Of a DNA stretch of 64,000 nt, positions 27,122-41,200 are shown in pieces. The position numbers and the translations under genes were made by a program. Source of the stretch: Eledone cirrhosa (lineage: Eukaryota); the NCBI GenBank assembly GCA_964016885.1, contig OZ024745.1:33232001-33296000 (forward strand), written 5' to 3'. Positions within the stretch are counted from its first letter, which is position 1. Every line of letters begins with the position of its first letter. The notes beneath the pieces were generated by a model. That model ran no database searches. It saw nothing but the letters and a program-made list of their open reading frames with translations, and was not told where the DNA came from.

Positions 27122-30100
27122 GTATATATATATATATACATATATACGTATATATATACATATATATATAGGTGAAAAACTGCGTTTTTTCAGCTATTTA
27201 GGGGTTTTTTGAGGTGTTACATCAGACCGATTTCCTTGAAATTCTAACTATGTATTAGTCAGTCTCTTCTTCATACCGTGAGGAAAGAAAATCCAACATT
27301 TTCATGGCCCGCATTAGGTGAACAACTTCATTTTTTCAGCTTTTTAGGGCGTTTTTGAGGCGTTACGTCTAAATCGCAATCAGAGTTATTTCCCTTGGAA
27401 TATATTGTATTATTAGAAGTCTAATCTCCTTATAATATATAACCAGCAATTTCTCTGTTTGTCTGTCTGTCCGACAGTAGAAGCGCGTGCGAATGTTTTT
27501 TGCACACGCGTAGAGAGAGAGTGAGAGTGAAAGAAAGAGACAGACTACGAGAGGGGGATAGCGGGAGGGAGAGAGGGAGAAAGAGGGAGAGTGAATAGAC
27601 GCTAAAACACGTGCGCGCGTGCGAATGTTTTTGGCGCACGCGTAGAGAGAGAGTGAGAGTGAAAGAAAGAGACAGACTACAAGAGGGGGATAGCGGGAGG
27701 GAGAGAGAGGGGAATTGAGGAGTGCTACAGAAACATATATACATTTCTGTGTCATCATCATCATCATCATCAACGTTTAACGTCCGTGTTCCACGCTTGC
27801 ATGGGTTTGGACGGGGGTAGTCCCACTTGAGGCAAGAGTGATTGTCTTGCTCGCATAGGACTGTCTGGCAGGTTTTCTACAGTTGGATGCCCTTCCTAAC
27901 ACCAACCACATTTACAGTGTGGGTCTGGGAGGTTTTTACCGTGTTGCCTACACGGCCACATTACAGCGTGGACTGTGTGTTTTTTTGTCGTGACACCTAC
28001 ACGATCTCATTTGTTTCGGCCTGGATGGCGCGGCACCAACATAACTTTACATAGAACGGGGTGGTGTGGATGGGGTGGGGGTGGTGGCGGGACGGGGTGT
28101 ATTTTGTTAGAGATGCCTACTGGCAAGGCGGGTCTTCTCTGTTACTGAGTACCGCCAAAGGTCACGGTCCAGTGACATTGTCTTGGAGAGGTGTAAGTGT
28201 GTGAGGTCGGAGTTTATCAGCTCATCCCATGTTTTTCTAGGTCTGCCTATTCCGTGGCTACCGTCTATCTTTATTGCCCTGCACTTTGTAATACAGCTAT
28301 CGACTTTCATGCGCATCACGTGTCCATACCAACGCAGCCTTCTCTCGAGTAAACAACATCTGATCCCTCTTATCTCTAATTTTTTCCTTAGTTCGTTTAT
28401 GCTTTGCCGTTCACGTATATTACTGTTACACATCCAGCGGAGCATGCAAGCTTCGTTCCTCTCTAGTCTGCGTATATCCTCTGCACACAATGCCCAGGTC
28501 TCACTACCATGCAACATTGCTGTTCGTATGCAGGCATCGTACAACCTGCCTTTCATTTTTAGGGAGAACCCTTTAGCAGCTAATAGTGGTATAAGCTCTC
28601 TGAACTTTTTCCAACCAGTTCTGACTCTAGCTACAGTACTTTCAGAGCACCCTCCCCCACTGCTGATTTTATCGCCCAGGTAACGGAAGCTGTCCACTAT
28701 TTCTATAGAACCCTCTGCGCAATTGAAAGAGCTAGTATTTTGTGGGCACTTGCTGCTACTTATTGCACCAGAACACCGGCCACATGTAAAGTCTATGTTC
28801 TTAGTTAGCTTACCTGTGATCCCACTACATCTTTTATGCACCCATACTTTGCATTTAGGACATAAGATGGAGTTTCTACCTACGCCTTTCCTACATACCG
28901 AGCACGACCATTTCCCAGAAGGGACCGCCGCCTTGTTTTCTTTCCTACAAACTAGAACTTTGGTCTTAGCCAGGTTAATTTTAAGTCCTTTTGACTCTAG
29001 GCCGTGCTTCCATGTTTGGAATTTCTTCTCTAGCTCGGCCATTGATTCCGCTATGAGTGTCAGGTCGTCTGCGTATAGGAGTTCCCGTGGGCAGCCTGTC
29101 TTGAACTCCTCTGTTATAGCCTGAAGGGCAATAATAAATAGTAGGGGGCTGAGAACAGAGCCCTGATGGACGCCAACTTTTACGCTAAACTCTTCACTAT
29201 ATTCGTTGTTAATTCTAACCTTGCTGACTATTTCTTTATACATGGCTTGTATAGCCCTCACAAGCTATTCGTCAACGCCTAGTTTTCTAAGAGCCCACCA
29301 GATAATGGAGCGGGGGACTCTGTCGAAGGCTTTCTCCAGGTCGACAAAAGCTAAGTAGAGGGGTTTACCTTTAGCTAGGTACTTCTCCTGTAGTTGTCGT
29401 ACTATGAAAAGAGCGTCTGTGGTGCTTTTGCCTGACACAAACCCGAACTGCATTTCATCTAGATCAATTCTCTCTCTGATTAGTTGCGCTATTACTTTTT
29501 CCGTGACCTTCATGACCTGGTCGATTAATTTAATGCCTCTATAGTTACTCCTATCTAGGGCGTCTCCTTTACCCTTATAACAGTTAACGATGATGCTGCT
29601 ATGCCAGTCCTTCGGAACAACCCCATCCTGTACGACTTGGTTAACTATGCGGGTGACCATGGTGTGTCCCACCGTGCCAGATGCCTTCAGCATCTCAGCA
29701 ACTATTTCCGAAGGCCCAGCCGCCTTACCAGTCTTCATATCCTTGATTGCCTTACTTATTATACTCCCCTCGACTAACACTGCTGGTCCCTCTATCGGGT
29801 CGATATGGGGGAGACTGTCTTTCTCCCATTTATTCTCCTCATTTAGTAGCCTTTCATAGTAACACTTCCAAGCTACCTTCTTATCAGTGTCGGTGAGGGC
29901 AAGTATGCCATCATCGTTAAGTACACACTTCTCCCCGACAATATCACGGTTTTCCTTGACGTGTGTGTAATATATATATATATACACACACAGAAATATA
30001 TATACATTTCTGTGTGTGTAATATATATATATACTAGCAGAAAACCACACGGTAGGCGGTTTTCTGCTAGTCTATATATATAAAACTGAGGATGTCTGTC

Positions 30101-30749
30101 TGTGTGTGTGTGTGGGTGAGTGTCAATCCTAAAACTCGAGAAGTACCCAACCGATTTTTTTCAAACTTAACATGTGTATTACTTATGTTTCAGGGAGTGT
30201 TATGCACATACAATTCAACTTTTTGATCCCCTAGAGCCTGCATTAGTTGAAAAACTGCGTTTTTTCAGCTTTTTAAGGTTTTTTTGAGGCGTTACGTCAG
30301 ACCAATTTCCTTGAAATTGTAACTATGTATTAGTCAGTCTCTTCTTCATACCGTGAGCAAAGAAAATACAACTTTTTTATGGCTTCGGACCCGCATCAAG
30401 TGAAAAACTTCATTTTTTCAGCTTTTGAGGGCTTTTTTGAGGTGTTGCGTCTAGCCGATTTCCCGAAATTTCAAGGCATATTATGCACATAAAAAAAATT
30501 GCTTTTCTAGATCCCCTAGGGCCCGCATTAGGGGAAAACCTGCATTTTTCCTGTTTCATCGAGGAAAATCTTATCCAGCCATCAAGAGTATTCGGTTTAT
30601 TTTCTTTACATATTGTCCAGGCATGCAGTCTTTCCACGATTAGGTCTGTTGGCGGCCCGCGTTCCAAAATACCTTATCCCGTGCAATGCTGGGTACCACT
30701 GCTAGTATATATATGTGTGTGTGTGTGCATATATGTGTGTGTGTGTGCA

Positions 30750-30810
<61 letters not shown>

Positions 30811-33800
30811 ATATATGTATATATATATAATTCAAATAAAAAAAAATCTATGTATATATCCATATAGCATTAGAGAAACACATAGTATTTTGTACACATA
30901 TAAAAGGCATATAATATTTAGGAAACAGTAGATACTTTAAAGTGGAAAAGTTATCTTCCTTATGGTTGCCATTTCATAGTTCATAGAACCAGAGTGAAAA
31001 TCGATCTAAGCAATCAATCATCAATTACTATTGATTTTGATATAAAAACATATGAAACAGCTGCCATAAGGAAGATAATAACTTTTCCACCTTAAAGTAA
31101 TAATTAATTGATTAAATGTATGTATTTCTATTTAATCTTATATATTTGTCAAATGATAATAAACTTGTGTACTCTTAATATTATATAATCATTTCTACTC
31201 TAGGCACAAGGCCAGCAATTTGGGGAAGGGCAAAGTCAATTTAATTGACTTCAGTGCATTACTGGTACTTCATTTTATCGACCCCGTAACGATGAAAGGC
31301 AAAGCTAACCTCGGTAGCATTCAAGCTCAAAATGCCAAGGGCCATAACTCTGTGCCGCAAAGCATGTCCAAAGCTCTATGGATTCTGCCAATCCACCGCC
31401 TTCATAAATATTATATAATAAAAACAGTTTAATGAATAAAAGTCTGAAATATGTTTAAAAAGAAAAATGAAAAATAGCTACAAATATAAAAAAAAATATA
31501 TATATAAACAATGTAAAATGAGAGATTTTATATCATAAAATCATGGGTGATCTCAGGCAGATCGGTATTGAATGGGTTAAAACATGTTGCCACAGGGTTC
31601 CAGTTCAATTTTTACACAAAGCCAACTACTTGAAAGGATTAATCCTTTTTTGTTCTTTTGTCACTGCAGATGTTTTACATACATTTTTTTAAACAATTGA
31701 AGATCGGCTGAACTAAATATAATTGTTTTACTATTGGCACAAGGCCAGCAATTATCCCAGTACATTATTGGTACTTTATTTTATCGACCCCGTAAGGATG
31801 AAAAGCAAAGTTAACCTCGGCAGGATTTGAACTCAGACCATGAAGGGACGTAACTCTTTGCTGCAAAGCATGGCATCTGACCCTCTACCGATACTGCCAA
31901 TCCTCCGCCCTTCTGCCATTAATATATTTTTCTTTTTATATATATATAATTTAAATGGCTGAACTAAATATAATATTTACCTGTCATGACATGTAAGGAG
32001 TCGGTGGACCTTAGTAATCTGAGATATCACATGTTCAGAAGGAATTATTTCAAGGGGTTTCATTGGATGATCTGAATTATACATATCAATATGTCTTTGA
32101 ATGGTAGCTTCTAGTGGTAACAGACTTTCTGTTTGATATAAAACATTCTGAAGGAAACAAAATAACATAATAATAATATTATATTAAAAAAATAAATAAA
32201 TAAATAATAATAATTATTATTATCATTGCTGGACAGTATTAGTAAAGCTGTGCAGCATGTAGTTACATTCTGAGTTGAAATCCTGCTTAGGCTAGACAGA
32301 AAATTTATTAATAGCTGCTCAAGGTCAAACACTAAACACAAACTCGATAAGGAATATGTATAACCCAGAGGAAGCAAATAAGTGTAGGTTATGTGGGAAG
32401 AAGGTAGAAAGTGTGACACATATTGTGAGTGCCTGTGTTATGATTGCACAGAGGGAATATAAAAGGTGTTGCAATAAAGTGTGTTTACATCTCTATTGGT
32501 CTTTATGCAAGAAATATGGGTTTGTAACCACTGAGAAATGGTATCAGCACAAACTGAAGAAGGTCCTAGAAAATCAGACTCTTGTGGGACTTTACAATCC
32601 AATAAGATAGAGTTCTTGAAAATACATGGCCAGACATAACTTTGGTGGAGAAATGTAATGTAAGTGGGTGTTTGTTGATTGATATAGTTTGCTCAAGAGA
32701 TCATTACATCAGTAGTAAAGAAAACAAGAAAATTGTAAAGTATGCTGATTTGTGGAGAGAATGTGGAATATGAAAGCAAGAATAGTACCAATTGTTAGTG
32801 GAGCACTTGGGTCGGTGAGAGAGGACCTCCAGAAAAAAAAAACCTTGATAGAATTGGAATCAGACCCAGCATTACAACATTGTAGAAACAATATATTTGG
32901 GAAATATTCTGCAGAAAATATCCTGCAGAAAGTACTGTCTATCTGAAGTTACATAACTTTATAAGGAGTCAAATGATCCAGTGTTAATAAGATCATCACT
33001 GTGCAAATATGAATAATAATATCAATGAGATTCTTACATATGTATGTTTACTGAGTAAGGTAGAATGTGAAGATGGTCTATTTCTTGAAGGAATTGTGAT
33101 AAAATACCTAACATCTGGGGTTACCACCACACCAGGCCATTTCTATAAAAGAGAAAAGAATTTAAGAAAAATAAAGCATTTATAATTAAAAAGAAAGAAG
33201 CAATTTCTTGCAGGGGCATCAAACCCAGATATGTAAACGAGAGAATAATGTAGGATTGTATGGTATTCATGCCTTTATAGATTAATGTAAGTAAAATGGT
33301 TACAACTGTCTGATATCATTAAGATAACTCTGAAATAACTAAGTGTAAACTAGTGTATTAAGTACAAAACAGTGTAAGACAGTGTACTAAAGACAAGATA
33401 GTGTAAAAATATTACTAACTACTAGGCAATGTAAGGCAGTGTATTAAGTATAAGTGAAACGACAGATTCCTGGCTTGTCTGGGAGGTCTGTAGCCACTGC
33501 TTCAGTACTAACTTAGTCTATGCAGATCCATTCAACCCTTGCTAGCAGGGAAAGCGGACATTAAAACGATGATGATGATGATAATATAACACAGTGTACT
33601 TAATGCTAGATAGTGTAAGGTAGTGTACTAAATACAAAATGTACTACATACAAGGAAATGTACTAAATGCAAAATTATGTAAGATAATTTAGTAAGTACA
33701 AGACAGTAAACAATGTACAAAGTACAAGACAGATAAGTATTGCATCATATACACCGGTCTTTATTGCCACCACTGTCGCCACCACCATCACCACTACCAC

Positions 33801-35240
33801 CACTATCATCAACATCATCATCATCATCAAAATACAGGTTATTATAAATTGGAAGGGAAAACTATTAAATGACTAAATGAAATGACAACTTTTACATACA
33901 TCATTCACAATTGTTGTTAATAACTGCTTCAAGAATTTGCGATCTTCATTTCTGCTCACCGAGTCCAACAGAACATTCTGGATGTCATGGAACCATAACA
34001 AGATTATAAAACTTTCATTGGTCCTTTCTTTCAATGGAACTTTTGCCAATCCCTTAGAAGATAGTTTATCAATTTATATTTAGGTTTATAATAAAACTGG
34101 TTATTTTGAATATTTGGATTATAATATGGGTGTTTAAAAGTAATATTTCTGGAAAACTATTTATTTTTACTCATCAAAATATACTGAAATAGTTTATATA
34201 AGTTTAAAGTAAGACAGTGAATGTGGCTCGACCCCCTTAAAGTGTAAGAAGTTAAGGACTGAAACACTTGATTGAGTGAGGTTTCTTCTCTGAAGACTTT
34301 CTGCTGTCCACCTCTCTTGAGAGTTTCTTACCACTAAGATATTGCTCACTTCTTTTAAAATAGATAGTTTTTAAATTTCTTCATATAGGAATATTGGTAT
34401 TTTTGAGCACCCTGGTCCTATTAGAATTTACAATTTTAGGCCTTCTCTCAAGCAGATTATGAAATGTATTATTTCTTGAAAAATACAAAATTTTACTAAA
34501 CAACAACAACAATAATAAAGTACATCTATTTCTCTATGTTAACACTTTAGCATTCACATTACTCTAGATATACTATTATATTTTCATGGTAAAGGCTTTA
34601 TTTCGCATAATTATCTCACATAATATCGAATCTGAGATTTTGAAAGTATTTATTTTGAGAACAATACCTTAACATCAGTTTGAGTGACCAGTTACAGCCA
34701 GTTTCAATAGAAAGGGGTAGAGAATTCTGGCCAGTTTTGGCCGGTTTAATACAGGTCAGGTAATTTTTTGTTGTCAATAAAGTAGGAATAGAACCTGTTT
34801 TTCAGATAATCTGAGATCAGCATAGTTATATGATACCAACCCACCAAAGTACCATCCAATTCTATGATGACTAACCTTTTGTATTAAAGTATTTAGATAA
34901 AAAACTAATGTTACAGAAGAATATCTTTGTTAGGATATGTACTATACACCAGCTTAAAAATTTACTGCCTTGTACAGAATATTTCAAACCTTAAAACAGT
35001 GTTCCAAACTTTGAATGGTGAACATGTAGTGTGTGGAACCTGGTAAAGAGGACAGCTTCAATGTTGACTGTAAACCTGATAAAAGTCGACAAGATGCTTC
35101 AACTATATTATTGAATAGTTTCATGTCAATACTTGGTAGATCCTCTCCATTCACAGCTGCCTGTAATAAAATATACAAAAACTCATATATTTGTTGCTCT
35201 ATCAAAACTGTTTATGATAAAAAAACAACTACTGTATATA

Positions 35241-35285
<45 letters not shown>

Positions 35286-38200
35286 CACATATAGATGTGT
35301 TGTTTCCTTGAGCAAGACACTTTATTTCACATTGCTCCAGTTTACTCAGCTGTAGAAATGAGATGATAGGACTGGGTTCCCTATCATTTCACTGCAAAAA
35401 AGCACCCAGCCCACACTGTAAAGTGGACAGTGTAGGCGCCACGGAAAAAAGCACCCAGCACTCACTGTAAATGAGGTTGGTGTTAGGAAGGGCATCCAGC
35501 TGTAGAAATCAAGCCAGAATCAGACCCCGTATGAGCAACACATGGTCAGCCGACTGGCTACTGCCCACAACGGGACAACCCATCTAACCCATGCTAGCGT
35601 GGAAGAACGGACGTAAAACGGTGATGATGATGATGATGATGATGATATATATAAAGAAAAAATATTGATGGCAGAAGTGTGTGTGTGCGTGTGTGGGGTG
35701 AATATTTTGACAATTTCACCAACTTCAAAGTCTACATAAATAAGGTTTGGATTTTTGCCCATTTCTCAGACATAAAATAGTGGGGTTGGCTTATCGGTTT
35801 ATATTTGAGGCTATACAGTAAATATCTGATACAAGGGCATTGGTGATGACTAATATAGTAGAGAATCTTACAGTATTTAGTTTCAGTTTTTAGATTCTGA
35901 ATTCAAATCTTCTTAGAGTTGATTTATAAGTCCTTAAAACCTGCCTAACTTGGTACTCCTATAACATAGGTTAAGTTATAAGTCATCAGAGTCTAACTTG
36001 GGACTCCTGTAACATAGGTTAAGTCATAAGTCATCAGAGTCTAACTTGGTACTCCTGTAACATAGGTTAAGTCATAAGTCATCAGAGTCTAACTTGGTAC
36101 TCCTATAACATAGGTTAAGTCATAAGTCATCAGAGACTAACTTGGTGCTCCTGTAACATAGGTTAAGTCATAAGTCATCAGAGTCTAACTTGGTACTCAA
36201 GTAACATAGGTTAAGTCATAAGTCATCAGAGTCTAACGTGGGACTCCTGCATCTCATGTTTTATAAGTCATCATAGTCTAATTTGACACCAACTGTTTAA
36301 CTTGATACTCCTGCATCCCATGTTTAATATACAAGTCCTTATACACTAAACATGGGATGCAGGAGTACTAGGTCCTTAGTACTCCTACATCCCATGTTTA
36401 GTGTATAAGCCCTTAGTACTCCTACATCCCATGTTTAGTGTATAAGTCCTCATGAACTAGTATTCCTATATCCTCTGTTTGTTTCACTACAACTGTTACC
36501 CACCTCCACTCCATCTTACAGATATGAATAAAATATAACTGAAGAACATTTACCTCAAGTTTCTGTCTTAAAATTGTTGAAAGATCATTTTCACCTGGTT
36601 CTGGCAAACTGAATATAGCAAAATGTCGCTGAAATAGAGAAATCTAGAATGTTATTACTGAAATAAAATTTTGTTATAATAATAATAATGATTTCTACTT
36701 TAGGCACAAGGCCAGCAATTTTGGGGAAGGGAAAATCGATTAAATCGACCCCAGTGCATTACTAGTGCTTTATTTATCAACCCTTTGAGGATGAATGGTA
36801 AAGCTAACCTCAGTGGGATTTGAACTTAGAACATAAAAGGACGTAACTATATGCTACAAAGCATGGCGCTCTACCGATTCTGCTAGTTATTATCTGTCAT
36901 CATCATTATCATTCAACATCCATTTTTCCCGGCTAGCAGCAAAGGTAGGATTGGTTATCATAGACTGAGTCAGTACTTAAGCACAATTATGGTCCTCTTA
37001 GATGGACAGGAGGCCTGCATCTTGCTTATCCCTTTAGTGTTCAAACTGGTCAAAACCGGCCAGAATTCTCTACCTCTTTCTATTGAAACTGGCTGTAACT
37101 GGTTGCTCAAACTGATGTTAAGGTATTGTTCTCAAAATAAATACTTTCAAAATCTCATAGATTTGATATTATGTAAGATATTATGTGAGGTAAAGCCTTT
37201 ACCATGAAAATATAATAGTATATATAGAGTAATGTGAATGCTAAAGGGTTAAATGCATTCCTGCACTCTTCCAAGTGATTAGATGGACTGGGGCTGCATC
37301 CTACTTACATACTTTTCTGTGCTCTACTGAGTGCACAATCCATGAAGTATGTTATATTGTTTCTGACATAGTTGAAAAGACATCCTGACCTTTTGTTTGG
37401 CAGATTTTTATGGCTGGGTATAACATTTAACTTGAAAGCTGTAGACGGTAGTGAAGTTAATAGAATATCAAAATTCCATTGAAATTCTCTCAGACAATTC
37501 CTTCACAGAACCCTAAATACTAAAATGTATATATAATCTGTTAAGTAAATGATGTACCAGAAGTCTTTGGTTCAGCTGTTCTAGGTGGCATCCAGGATAT
37601 GTCATTTCTGCAATCAAACAAAGATCTTCAATATATCTCATCTCAAAAGGTGGACTTGAGTCACAAATCACATTTTCATCTAGTATTTGACGAAGAAACT
37701 GAAATGAGAAATCATAATTAAAAATTCCTACAATTTGTTTGTCTTAATATTGATCTGTTGATATCAATATTGATCTATAGGCATTGATATTGCGAGTTTT
37801 ATATCATAGAACTAGAGATGGTTTCAGGCTGTTTGGTATCAAATGGGTTAAATTGAAGTGTTACAAGGATTAGTGTCTAAAGCTGAATTTCCAGACCCAG
37901 TTTATCTTAGCTCTAAACACTTACCTTAACATCGATATATAGATTATAAATAAAATGGACCAATTACCTCATTACATCTTTTGGTACCATATTGGTCTCC
38001 TTTTGGAATGTTGATATCTTCAATAAATACTGCAAGTCTTTTCTTGTCTTTTGCTCCATAGACAACACCTGTGAAAAGAATCATATCTAGTTTAACCTTA
38101 GCTTCATCTGTAGTTGGTTGAGATGATTGACACCTCTCACTTGTAATATTTTGATATTACATGAAGGATCCATAGAAGTTGTTGATAGCTCCTGTGATCT

Positions 38201-41200
38201 TGGTGACATAATTAGCAGAAGAGGAGGGTGCTCTGAGAGTATAATAGCTAGAATAACGATCAGATGGAAGAAGTTTAGAGAGCCATTCCTACTGTTGACA
38301 ACAAGAGGTTTTTCCCTACATACAAAAGACAACTGTATGATGTCTGTGTGTGAAGTGTGATACTGCATGGTAGTGAAATATGGGTAGTAACTGCAGTTAA
38401 CTCCTACTTTAGCTGAGAAAATGCCTTAAAAAGCTTGTTGTTGTCTCCGAGGGTAATATTTGTCTTTTAGTCACTTTAACACTACATGGGGAATTGCAAA
38501 GACAATGTTAGCCTTAAGAAGTGTTATGTTTTGGGAAGGAAATAAGAAATGAATTTATGAAATCTTACCTTGTCTGTGAATAACATTGGAGTTGAAGAAA
38601 TCAAACAGATGTGATGTTGTGGTTGAGCCACTAGACACAAATCTTTTCAAAACAAATTCACCCGAATCTAAACATTAAAAAAAAATTTTTACATCTATAT
38701 TTTCAATCGAAATTATTATTAATTCTGATGGCATGACTTTTCAAACCCAAACCGTCAGCCTTAAACCCAATCCATTAACCATAAACCCAACCAGTTACCC
38801 TTAAACCTAATCTGTCATCTTTAAACACCATCTGTTAACCATAAACCCAAACCATCAACCATAAACCCAGTCCATTAACCTTAAACCCAAACTTAACTTT
38901 AAACCCAAATCATTAACCATAAACTCAAACCATTAACCATAAACCCAAACCTGATCTGTTAACCTTAAACCCATACTTAACTTCAAACCTAATCTATTAA
39001 CTTAAAGACTCATCTGTCAAAATAATGTTTTCTGGTCTATAAAACACATTTCAAATGGATTCATATGATCATAACTAACTCGATAAAATCTTTAGAATAT
39101 CAACATGACTACCTGAAGATCAACTGCTTATGCCAGTCAAAAGACATTTTCATCTCAATAAATCCAGTCTACCTAACTGTTTATGAATATTGGCAAAGTC
39201 ATTAAAATGTTGAATTAAATACCTTGGTATTATAACAAGAATTGATGTGGAGTGTGACAAACATGTTGGATTGTAGCAGTTTTATTAATCACAGCTTAGC
39301 AGAGTTATTTAGATGTAGTGAGAAAGTAATGTTTGTTAATTTGTATGATTGTAGTTAAACATAAAAGGATTACAAAAGGAATGCGCCATTGTACCAGGCT
39401 CGAGGCAGGCCGGCATGCCAAAGTGCAAATCTCACAATTACATATTGTACGTGTCGTTCCTTCGAAGTTCAGGATGCAAGAGACAGATTCTTCAAATCCT
39501 CGCGGGGAATTTCTCCCTGAGGGTGCGTAGGGATACATTCTCTTCTGCTGGCGCTGATTGGCTGAGCTGAGCCAAATCACGCACAGAGAATGTATGTGAG
39601 CCCGCGGAATGTAGGTCACTACAATACTCCCCCTCTAGTCGTAAGATGATACAGATTAAATCAGCAGCGAAAAATGCTGAAAGAGCACATCAGTGAAAAA
39701 ATAATTGAACAGAAGAATGCATGCAAGAAAAAAAATGAGGCGCTAAGGGCCGTGTTGAGCCGCTGTGTCAAATGACTAGCTGTTTTGTAATTTATAGGTG
39801 ACCACCAAGGGTCTAACAGAAAACGGATAAAGTCTGACATGGGCAAAGTTGCTGTTCTTGCATTAAATGTTAATAGTAAGTGTTGTACCAGTAGCTGTGG
39901 ATGAAGCTTTTATGGTAGTTTACCAGTGCTGGCAAGAAGATGATGGGTAGACGAGAAAATGTTGGCCTCCCAGATGTATTGCCAAAAGTGCTAGGCAGCC
40001 AGGAAAAAATGGCTGGTTGCTTTGAAAAGAAAAAAGCAAGTTGAATCTGTAGGTGGGTAGTAGTTGCAGTGTAAATTCCATAATTCTGGCGAATCCATAA
40101 AAGTGGTGGAAATGCTGACAGGTCCAGTTCCATTTGTTGTTTTCCCAGTGAGTCGGGTAAAGTAACAAGATGGAGGTTGTTATGCTATAGGACGATGATT
40201 GTGCAACGAGATGTAAAGCTGTTTGAATCCAGCTGCAATTAGCAGTTCTCGTGTTGCGGTGCCTGTTTGAATCCAGGTGAATTAAGCTCTATGAGTCGCT
40301 AGCATGTGTCGGCACCTCAACCAGGTGAAAAGGGATCTCGCAGAATATTATGTTTGAAGAACATATACTAAGAACAACATGTTGGTGTGTGTCAAAGAAA
40401 TGTGTGTGCATATGCAGGCATGTAATACAGCAAATAATGTGTGGGTGCAGTCATATATAGAATGATAAAGAAAATGATGCAGTCATATATACAATGATAA
40501 AAAAAAAAAAAAAAAAAAATGTTCATATAATGCAGTTCTAAAAGAATAAATGTCCAAACATTGCCTGTAAAAAGAAAAAGAAAGAAAGAATTGTTTCCTT
40601 AACAAAAAGTTCGCTTTTTCTTTTCCTTAAAATTTCTTTGTGATTGCTCTTACTAGGAAGCTAGTAGAGTTGTTGTTATCAAAGCAAAGTCACAGTAGAA
40701 TCGAAGTTGCACGCCGAAGAGCTGAGAGTCACCATGTGAGTTTGGTGTTGTGCTTGCTTGTTATTGCAGAAAGCCGTATCGAAAGAAAAATGTCTCCAGG
40801 CTATAATTTTGAAAATACAGCCAATTTTTTCCTTTCCAAGATGTCGTTGGCGGGTTCATAAAAGTTAAACCACGTGTTGTTCTTTTTTTAAAAAAAAAAC
40901 TACTTCCATTTTTTTCCTTAACGGTAGAGACGATAGAAGAGGTGAAAGCATAGAAGTAAACAATATGATGTGTGGTGGTTTGCGTCGGTAAAGGCTATGA
41001 AGCTGCCACATAGTTATTCCGTTGTCTATGGTTAGTGGTTAACCGATGTTGTCACTGCTGCTGATGGTATGTTAGAGGAAATAATGTAATTGTTATAATT
41101 AGTAGCGCCACGAGTAATCAGTTTGGTAGAAAGATGTGTTTATGTTATATCGACAAACGAGTAACATGATAATAATGTCAACAAGAAGAATGTTCGTGAG

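Noticed and set aside
28183-29859. Plus-strand ORFs of 89-166 aa
   Set aside because: Antisense shadows of the RTE ORF.
38745-39010. Interstitial telomere-like repeat
   Set aside because: The unit is ~21 bp and degenerate, not (TTAGGG)n.
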